Source: an uncultured Granulosicoccaceae bacterium (GTDB lineage: Bacteria > Pseudomonadota > Gammaproteobacteria > Granulosicoccales > Granulosicoccaceae). Taken from it: a stretch of DNA of 34,880 nt. Under the pieces are notes generated by a model. It saw nothing but the letters and a program-made list of their open reading frames with translations. It did not search any database and was not told the origin of the DNA. The stretch is from NCBI GenBank assembly GCA_964409445.1, contig CAYPDN010000005.1:1-34880 (forward strand), in the 5' to 3' direction. Each line of letters starts with the position of its first letter. The first letter of the stretch is position 1. This document shows positions 1 through 7,076 of the stretch, one piece after another. The position numbers and the translations under genes are program-made.

Positions 1-918
1 CGATACATTGCCATCAACAAGATCATCAAAGGTATCCACAAAAACAACATCAAGCTTCCCTGCCCAGTTCTCCTGAAGGTCAGGAGAGAACACAACATCT
101 GTAGTGACCTGACCTGTGACATATTCGAGCTGCCAGTTTCCTCCGAGTGATTCGTGACCAGTAGTATCATCACTGGCTGCAACATCTGCATCGGTAAGCA
201 ATGCAATGTTTTCAATCAGGGAGACACCCTCTTCGGTTGCCGCGAGATTGCAACCATAAATTAGAATGTCAGCATCATCGGTTAACTCATCCGACCATTC
301 GAGAAGTTCGTCTCCGCGTTCGTTTATTACGTCGTTGTTGAGAATCACCGATCCCAACTGCACAGCACCACCGCTGCCGTGAGAAATTATATGGATTGCA
401 GCAACCGGGTCGACGCTCGCCAGAGTAGATGAAATCTTATCGATTCCATCTTCGTCTGAATCAATAATAATTAACTCAAATTCTGTGTCCGGGCGATTTG
501 CACGCAGATCATCGACCATTGCCTGATAGTCAGGGGTGCGGCTATCGATAAATACCAGTTCTTTAAAACTTTGAGGATTATCAGTACTGATCGGGTTTTC
601 GGATATTTCCGAATCAAGCTCATCCATCCCTGATGCGCTGTCCGGGTGTGGAGTATTGTCGAGTGCCACGGTTGCAGGCTCTGCAACAGCAATAGTTCGC
701 TTGAAATCAATCGATGGCGATTCTGCAACCGGCAGCACTGTTTGCTGCCCACCGTGGGGTGGCCAGTCGTGATCGCTTGTTAGCTCGTCTGCCGCTGTAG
801 GTTGGTCAATACCAAGACCAGAAAAAACATCTGCAGAATACAGAACTCTGGATTCTAGTGACTCAACACGGACGACAGGGGATTTGCGGAGGTTCGCCCT
901 GACGCGCTTAAATTTCAA
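1..918 (-). CDS. 5' part (306 codons) of a very large DUF4347-type adhesin-like / secreted repeat protein; continues beyond the left window edge
   Basis: Manual minus-strand translation is open from the TTG at 918 to position 1: (M)KFKRVRANLRKSPVVRVESLESRVLYSADVF...ELVFIDSRTPDYQAMVDDL...AIHIISHGSGGAVQLGS...ADILIYGCNLAATEEG...LTDADVAASDDTTGHESLGGNWQLEY. The LExRxLxSA N-terminal motif and the FID...HIxSHG...LYGC...GADVAAS...GGxWxLE pattern are the DUF4347 signature as I recall it. The ORF is missing from the track because it runs off the edge. Confidence 0.75.
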   Translation of the reverse strand, partial: MKFKRVRANLRKSPVVRVESLESRVLYSADVFSGLGIDQPTAADELTSDHDWPPHGGQQTVLPVAESPSIDFKRTIAVAEPATVALDNTPHPDSASGMDELDSEISENPISTDNPQSFKELVFIDSRTPDYQAMVDDLRANRPDTEFELIIIDSDEDGIDKISSTLASVDPVAAIHIISHGSGGAVQLGSVILNNDVINERGDELLEWSDELTDDADILIYGCNLAATEEGVSLIENIALLTDADVAASDDTTGHESLGGNWQLEYVTGQVTTDVVFSPDLQENWAGKLDVVFVDTFDDLVDGNVS

Positions 919-1373
919 CTCTTAATTTTTCCAGCAACTTTATTGAAGGTTCTTGTGAAACCCATCGGCGGTTCGATTATTTTCTGCAAGCAATAACCAT
1001 TGCTGGCGAAGACAATTTTCAGCAGTGGCCACAGAATTTCAAACCTTTAGAATATTGTTAAATTACAAACAGTTACATGTCTCTGCTTGCCTATACATAC
1101 TGGCAATTAGCGAGCCTAAGCAATGACAGAATCTGTACGCCTCATGGTTTTAGAACGCCTAATTAGTTAAAAACCCGAATAGTGGGAACCAGTAGAGATT
1201 TTCTTAAGCTATAACTCAGCCTGGGAAGTCAAAAAATCTATCGATTATTGCTGTTTAAAATTCGCCCGCGCTGTCTTCAATAACTCAACCTGGCACAGTT
1301 TTTTCTGTTCGCTTTTTTTCTAATTTACTAGCGAAGGGGAATTATTAAACTAGACTTGTATGTGTGACAGGGG

Positions 1374-3620
1374 ATGTCACCTGCCGACAATTGGCAATCG
1401 GGTTACGTGAGAATTTTACCCTCTATAAAAAGCCAGATGTATCCGCCGCCATTGTGTTGCCAAGGAAGTTTGATGGGCCCAGTACCTACCATTGTTATTG
1501 ACACCTTTGGTCAGCTAATCGCCGCTGACCGTCTCGCAGAAGCATTTCTTGGATTCGATGATTTTAGTGATTTAAAAATTACTGATCTCTTTGATGAATC
1601 AAGTCGCCTTGCTGAAATACAAACAGGCAATATCAACCAATGTGAAGCAACGATGATTGTTTCGGGCAGTCGAGTCTCGCTGCACAGCATTGCGATGAAT
1701 ACAGCTGCCGGACCCAACTATGTTGTGAGCCTTATTGGTGTAACGGACTCACTCCGAAAATTTGCAGACCAGAACCAACAGGGTCCTCAATCAGCACTAT
1801 CCGCTCAGACCTACACCTCTGATCGCTTTGACTTAAAGCAGACATACGCTTCTGCAAACACACTTAAGAAGACTACACCACCAATAGATCTGGCCGAATA
1901 TTCTCCTCACGGACTGGTTTTGTTATCAGATAAATTCGAGTTCGAGACTGCCAATTCAGCTTTCTTCTCAATGACTGGTCTTAGTCGCGTTGAAGCCCAT
2001 GGCAGAGGCTGGCTTGCGGCACTGCCACTGGATACCTCGCAAGAGCTGGCCAAATCAGTCGGTAGCGCAGACTGGAGCAGCACCGATGAAATAGAAAAGG
2101 AATGTTTAATAGTTAACAAGCCAGGAGAGCAACGCTGGATTCGGGTTGTCGGTCGGCGGGTCGATGATAATACGCCCTACAAGTGTGGCTATGTACTCAC
2201 CTTTCAAGATATCAATCACCGTAAAAATGCAGATGAACGAAATCAAAAACTGGCGAGCTTCGACTCGCTAACCGGGCTGCCTAACCGACGCGCCTTTGAG
2301 AGCACATTGGCGGAATGCATTGTTCAGAACTCACCAGTGCGCAGTATTCTGGCTGTATTTTTTATCGATTTAGACGGGTTCAAACAAATCAATGACAGTT
2401 ACGGTCACGAAGCTGGTGACCAGCTACTCAAAAAAATAGCGTTGACCATTAGCAAGTCCAGCGCGCGTGCAACCAAGGTAGCCAGACTGGGAGGTGATGA
2501 ATTTACAATCTTACTAACTGATGTCAAGCGCATTGAAGAAGTCAAGCACTTTGCTGCTCGACTGACTCTGATGCTGCAGGAGAGTGTTTCTATAAAAGGC
2601 GTAAAAACCGATGTTTCAGCAAGCATCGGAATCGCTATGCATCATAAGTTACTGCACGACAGGCGTAGCACTGATCGCATAGTTAACGACCTGCTGCGCC
2701 ATGCAGATGCTGCAATGTATGCCGCTAAATCTGCTGGAAAAAACTGCTACCGCTTTTACGGAGCATACGACGACGCATCCATGAACAAACGCTCGCTGCG
2801 TGACACAGACACACTAATAAAAGAGGTAAGCCGTGCGATTAGTGGTGATGACATATTTGTAGAGTACCAACCCCAGGTAGAGACCCGCACCGGGCAAATC
2901 GTATCGTGTGAAGCTTTGATTCGGTGGCATCACCCAAAAGAAGGACTAATAGGCCCCGCTTCATTTGTTCCACTGGTGGAGTCCAGTGGTGGCATGGGGG
3001 AACTGACTATTTGGCTGATTACCAAAATCTGCAGTGATTTTCGAAACTCTTTTGTAGAGTATCGACATGCAAGCAACAGTGACAAAGAACTGTCCGTGTC
3101 CGTTAACCTCTCACCGGCACAGCTTCAGGATAAAAATATTTTGTTGGCTATCGATCAGATAATTTGCAATGAGTCGTTAAAACCCGAGAACTTTATCTTC
3201 GAAATCACCGAGCGCACGCTCATAGCAGATCCAATAAGTGGTCATGACGGAGTAAATTGGCTCCACAGTCGCGGATACAAAGTAGCGCTTGATGACTTTG
3301 GTACCGGCTATTCTTCTCTGTCATATCTGCATCGATTTCCACTGGATGAAATAAAACTTGATGGCAGCTTTATTAAAGATGTAAAGGTCAGCAAGGCATC
3401 ACGCACAATCGTTAGAAGCGTAGTTGAACTGGCTCATTCCCTCGGTCTTCTGGTAACAGCCGAAGGGGTTGAACTTGAATCACAGCTCGAATTCCTGCAG
3501 GAAATCGGTTGCGATCAATGGCAGGGGTTTTTAATGAGTGCAGCAACTCGGCCGGTAGAATTTCTAAAGGTTGTCCGCTCGCACTCTGAGAATTCTAATG
3601 CCAGCCTCGCAATCGCTTAA
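1374..3620 (+). CDS. PAS-PAS-GGDEF-EAL c-di-GMP turnover protein (diguanylate cyclase/phosphodiesterase)
   Basis: 748-aa ORF. GGDEF domain: LTGLPNRRAF, FIDLDGFKQINDSYGH, RLGGDEFTILL. EAL domain: EALIRW, VSVNLS, FEITER, LDDFGTGYSSLSYL, IKLDGSF, AEGVE, QGF. No RxxD I-site is seen before GGDEF. The true start may be the ATG at 1473, preceded by AGGAAG at 1463-1468. Confidence 0.9.
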   Translation: MSPADNWQSGYVRILPSIKSQMYPPPLCCQGSLMGPVPTIVIDTFGQLIAADRLAEAFLGFDDFSDLKITDLFDESSRLAEIQTGNINQCEATMIVSGSRVSLHSIAMNTAAGPNYVVSLIGVTDSLRKFADQNQQGPQSALSAQTYTSDRFDLKQTYASANTLKKTTPPIDLAEYSPHGLVLLSDKFEFETANSAFFSMTGLSRVEAHGRGWLAALPLDTSQELAKSVGSADWSSTDEIEKECLIVNKPGEQRWIRVVGRRVDDNTPYKCGYVLTFQDINHRKNADERNQKLASFDSLTGLPNRRAFESTLAECIVQNSPVRSILAVFFIDLDGFKQINDSYGHEAGDQLLKKIALTISKSSARATKVARLGGDEFTILLTDVKRIEEVKHFAARLTLMLQESVSIKGVKTDVSASIGIAMHHKLLHDRRSTDRIVNDLLRHADAAMYAAKSAGKNCYRFYGAYDDASMNKRSLRDTDTLIKEVSRAISGDDIFVEYQPQVETRTGQIVSCEALIRWHHPKEGLIGPASFVPLVESSGGMGELTIWLITKICSDFRNSFVEYRHASNSDKELSVSVNLSPAQLQDKNILLAIDQIICNESLKPENFIFEITERTLIADPISGHDGVNWLHSRGYKVALDDFGTGYSSLSYLHRFPLDEIKLDGSFIKDVKVSKASRTIVRSVVELAHSLGLLVTAEGVELESQLEFLQEIGCDQWQGFLMSAATRPVEFLKVVRSHSENSNASLAIA

Positions 3621-3699
3621 GCACATATGGTTGCTTGGTAATTTTCCAGGCAGCGTTTATCGCGAAAATATATAATATCTTCACTGGATCCGGTCTAAA

Positions 3700-3713
3700 G
3701 TACAACGTTGTAC
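3700..3713. promoter_or_regulatory. Perfect 14-bp palindrome GTACAACGTTGTAC upstream of the cheB/cheR-fusion operon (candidate operator)
   Basis: Read directly from the sequence. It lies about 210 nt upstream of the ATG at 3921, and a TATAAT hexamer sits at 3671-3676. Function is not demonstrated. Confidence 0.3.
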
Positions 3714-3920
3714 CTAAGAGGGTTTATGCCAGCGAAAATCACAGTCGCGGCCCCACCCTCACGTAGTAGTCGTAATCCCCGCAATCCGGCAATTGCAGCC
3801 ATGTAGAAGTACGAGATGAGATAATTAATCTGACCTTTGGTACCTGCAGCTTCCATTTATTCTGCAAATACATCTCGCTTAACGGTTTTTCAATACCGGT
3901 GGTTTTTTGAGGAGGCAGTG

Positions 3921-6563
3921 ATGAATGACGATACCGGTCTGTTACCAGACCAGAAAACAGAAACATCAACAGCTAAAACCAGAATCGACCAGGCTGGTAA
4001 CCGACCAGTTGACAATGCTTCTGCTGCCAAAACCGAAAACGACCTGCCTTCTCCCAGCCATGTAGTCGGTATCGGAGCATCCGCCGGGGGGCTGACTGCT
4101 CTGCAAAACCTGTTTGACCGCATCCCGGAAAACACCGGAGCCGCTTTTGTTGTAGTGCAGCACCTGTCACCCAACTTCAACACACTGATGGACGAACTGC
4201 TGGCCAAGCATTCAAAAATGTCTGTCACCCTCGCCGAAGATGGCGAACACCTGTTACCCGATCATATCTACCTGATGCGGCCGAATCGCAACCTTATTGT
4301 GGCCGAGGGTAAATTGTTTCTCAACGAGATACACCGAACCGGACACCCCAACCTGCCCATCGATGAATTTTTCAGATCCCTCGCAGTTGATGCACAAAAC
4401 CGCTCAGTCGGTATTATTCTGTCCGGCACAGGCAGTGACGGAAGTCAGGGTGTAAAAGCCCTGCGGGAAGCAGGTGGTTTAGTGATGGCTCAACAACCCA
4501 ACGAGGCAGAGTTTGACGGTATGCCCGTCTCTGCAATCCGCACCGGATACGTTGATGCAATCGGTGATGTCGATGAGCTGGCCAGACAACTGGTTTCATA
4601 CATTCGCCATCCACTAACTGCCAGTAAAAACCGGGTGTTCAGAGAACATCTAGCCTCAAACAACGACTTGCTGGAAAAGATCTTTGTCAGACTCCGTGTC
4701 GCCACAGCTATCGACTTTTCGCTCTACAAACCGTCCACGATAGCTCGCCGAATCGAACACCGCATGGGTATCAACAATATAGAAACGCTACCCGCTTACG
4801 CCGAATTGCTTGATCGAAAGTCTGAAGAATTCGCGTTACTTAAATCAGATCTTCTGATTGGCGTTACACAATTTTTTCGCGATCCGGACGCCCACGCTGA
4901 GCTGGCAAAATCGGTACTACCTGCGATAACCAGCAACAAATCAGCTGATACACCAGTAAGAGTATGGATGGTGGGTATATCAAGTGGCGAAGAAGCCTAC
5001 TCGCTTGCCATAGCATTTAGTGAGCTGCTTGAAAGCTCAAAAACCACAATTCCGATAAAAATATTTGCAAGTGACGCTGACAGTGGCTCTATCGACTATG
5101 CGTCCGCAGGTGTTTACCCACCGTTTATTTCTAACGATGTTAGCGAAAAACGGCTGAGTAAATATTTTAAAATGGATGAAGCAGGAAACTACGTAGTAAA
5201 CAATCGGCTGCGTAACATGATTGTTTTTGCAACCCACAACGTACTCGAAGACCCACCGTTTTCAAATATGGACCTCGTGGTTTGCCGCAACATGCTGATC
5301 TACTTCCAAGCGGAGGCGCAAGAGCGAACTCTTGCACTGTTTAATTTTTCCCTGCGCGATGCAGGCTATTTGTGGCTTGGAAGTTCTGAATCACTGGGAG
5401 GGCAGGCAGATAATTTTAGTGAGCTTAGCAGCACCTCAAAAATTTGGCGTAAAACCCGATCATCACGCATTCCAATTCGCCATATCAATGCTGACCACTT
5501 GCGCAAAACATCAGCCAAAACAGCAAACAGGCCATCCCACGGGCTGACTCAACGCGGCGCTTTTGAACAGAAAAATATTTACCATAATGTTCGTGATCGA
5601 TTGCTGGATGAGTACGGTCCTGACGGAATACTACTCAACCCTGAACATCAGGCAGTACATATTTTTGGTGATTGTAAACACTATCTGGACAGACACAGCT
5701 CCGGACACGTCACCACTCACATTGACTCATTAATTGTGCCTTCTCTCGGTGTGCCTGTTTCTACCTGTCTTGCCAAAGCCACCGAGTCTGAAACCGGTAG
5801 CCATCGGTTGAACGATGTACCTATGCATCACCCCGATAAGCCGGATAAATTAATCAGCATCACCGCAAGACGTGTCACAGATGTTTCCCGCTCAAACGAA
5901 ACCTATTATCTGCTGCTGTTTTCGCAATTCAGGGACAGACCAGTTGAGCGCATCGAAGTCCCGAACATCTCTAATCAGGAGACATACCAGGCTGATACGC
6001 ACACACGAGAGCGGTTGCGCGAACTCGACTTACAGCTGAATGACTCACGTCAGGAGCTTCGCAATGCCTACGCCGAACTCGACACTACCAGTGAAGAGTT
6101 ACAGGCTACCAACGAAGAGCTAATGGCAGCCAATGAGGAACTTCAATCTACCAATGAAGAACTCCAGTCAGTTAACGAAGAACTCTACACTGTTAACACT
6201 GAGTACCAGGAAAAAATAGCTGAACTGATGGAACTGAATACAGATCTGGACAATCTGTTAAATTCGACCGGCTATGGAATAATTTTTCTCGACAGCACTC
6301 TTTCAATCAGACGCTTTACACCGCTAATGGCAAGATACATCAACCTCTTGCCTGGAGACGTTGATCGCCCGATCGGAGATTTCAAAATCAGTCTCAACTA
6401 CCCCGATTTGTTAACCGATCTGAATCAGGTGCTTAGTTCAGGTGAAACCATCGAGAAAAAATCAAGCATGAGTGGAAGCGATAATCAGCTGTCAATTAGT
6501 ATTAGTCCGTACATTTCAACGGATAAAACTATCAATGGCGTTGTTATGACAATCAGAGATTAA
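3921..6563 (+). CDS. CheB methylesterase - CheR methyltransferase fusion with heptad coiled coil and C-terminal PAS domain
   Basis: CheB-like: VVGIGASAGGLTAL, VVVQHLSP, ILSGTGSDGSQG. CheR-like: FFRD, RVWMVGISSGEEAYSLA, IFASDADSGSI, LVVCRNMLIYF. C-terminal PAS-like segment: GIIFLDSTLSIRRFTP. I chose the ATG at 3921 because GAGGAGG (3909-3915) precedes it by 5 nt. The track ORF starts at 3837 with a non-homologous extension. Confidence 0.88.
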   Translation: MNDDTGLLPDQKTETSTAKTRIDQAGNRPVDNASAAKTENDLPSPSHVVGIGASAGGLTALQNLFDRIPENTGAAFVVVQHLSPNFNTLMDELLAKHSKMSVTLAEDGEHLLPDHIYLMRPNRNLIVAEGKLFLNEIHRTGHPNLPIDEFFRSLAVDAQNRSVGIILSGTGSDGSQGVKALREAGGLVMAQQPNEAEFDGMPVSAIRTGYVDAIGDVDELARQLVSYIRHPLTASKNRVFREHLASNNDLLEKIFVRLRVATAIDFSLYKPSTIARRIEHRMGINNIETLPAYAELLDRKSEEFALLKSDLLIGVTQFFRDPDAHAELAKSVLPAITSNKSADTPVRVWMVGISSGEEAYSLAIAFSELLESSKTTIPIKIFASDADSGSIDYASAGVYPPFISNDVSEKRLSKYFKMDEAGNYVVNNRLRNMIVFATHNVLEDPPFSNMDLVVCRNMLIYFQAEAQERTLALFNFSLRDAGYLWLGSSESLGGQADNFSELSSTSKIWRKTRSSRIPIRHINADHLRKTSAKTANRPSHGLTQRGAFEQKNIYHNVRDRLLDEYGPDGILLNPEHQAVHIFGDCKHYLDRHSSGHVTTHIDSLIVPSLGVPVSTCLAKATESETGSHRLNDVPMHHPDKPDKLISITARRVTDVSRSNETYYLLLFSQFRDRPVERIEVPNISNQETYQADTHTRERLRELDLQLNDSRQELRNAYAELDTTSEELQATNEELMAANEELQSTNEELQSVNEELYTVNTEYQEKIAELMELNTDLDNLLNSTGYGIIFLDSTLSIRRFTPLMARYINLLPGDVDRPIGDFKISLNYPDLLTDLNQVLSSGETIEKKSSMSGSDNQLSISISPYISTDKTINGVVMTIRD
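6090..6215 (+). repeat. Six tandem 21-bp (7-codon) imperfect repeats encoding a heptad coiled coil inside the CheB-CheR gene
   Basis: SEELQAT/NEELMAA/NEELQST/NEELQSV/NEELYTV/NTEYQEK, in frame with the CDS. This is a coding repeat, not a CRISPR-like array. Confidence 0.85.
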
Positions 6564-6592
6564 TAATTTAGCCAACTAAACAGACTAATGTC

Positions 6593-7072
6593 GTGAAAAA
6601 TAAACCTTCCAAAAGCAAGGTTGATTCCGAGAGTACCGATCAATCTAAAGAGTCGGGTTTTTCTATACTACTGGTAGATGACGACTCTGTTCTCGTGGAG
6701 TTGTGGCAGCAATATCTGGTAAGCCAGGGTCATCAGGTTGATTGTTGCGGCACAGTAGCTGATGCCACTGTATTGTTGCACAGTAAGGTTTACGATTTAT
6801 TGATTGTCGATATCTTTTTGCGCCAGGACGGACAGATACTTGCCGAAGGTGGCGTTACATTAATCAACAGAGTCAGAATACAAGATGGCTTCAATGACGC
6901 CAGAGATGATCGCATGGCGATTCTGGCAGTCACTGGTGCCGGTACGGGTTCACACGGAAAGTTCACTGCACTGCATAGTGTAAATACACTGACCGATGGC
7001 AGCCTGCAAAAGCCAGTCAGATTAGAAACTCTCGGCCGCGAAGTTCAGCGTCTTTGCACAGTCACCGGGTAA
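6593..7072 (+). CDS. Stand-alone response-regulator receiver (CheY-like REC) protein
   Basis: ILLVDDDS (acidic pocket), DLLIVDIFL (phospho-acceptor Asp), LAVTG (Thr), QKP (Lys-Pro). GTG start. The stop TAA at 7070-7072 is 4 nt before the next gene. Confidence 0.8.
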   Translation: MKNKPSKSKVDSESTDQSKESGFSILLVDDDSVLVELWQQYLVSQGHQVDCCGTVADATVLLHSKVYDLLIVDIFLRQDGQILAEGGVTLINRVRIQDGFNDARDDRMAILAVTGAGTGSHGKFTALHSVNTLTDGSLQKPVRLETLGREVQRLCTVTG

Positions 7073-7076
7073 AACA

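Noticed and set aside
471-752. 93-aa minus-strand ORF from the track
   Set aside because: It lies inside the DUF4347 adhesin-like gene in a different frame. It has no recognisable motifs, whereas the other frame shows clear domain homology and is open across the whole region.
3837-3920. N-terminal extension of the CheB-CheR ORF (MVPAASIYSANTSRLTVFQYRWFFEEAV)
   Set aside because: It has no homology-like features and no RBS. A strong GAGGAGG precedes the internal ATG at 3921, so the shorter gene model is preferred.
6090-6215. Regular 21-bp tandem repeats that could be mistaken for a repeat array or CRISPR-like structure
   Set aside because: They have no spacers, are in frame within a CDS, and encode heptads (NEELxxx) of a coiled coil typical of this protein family.
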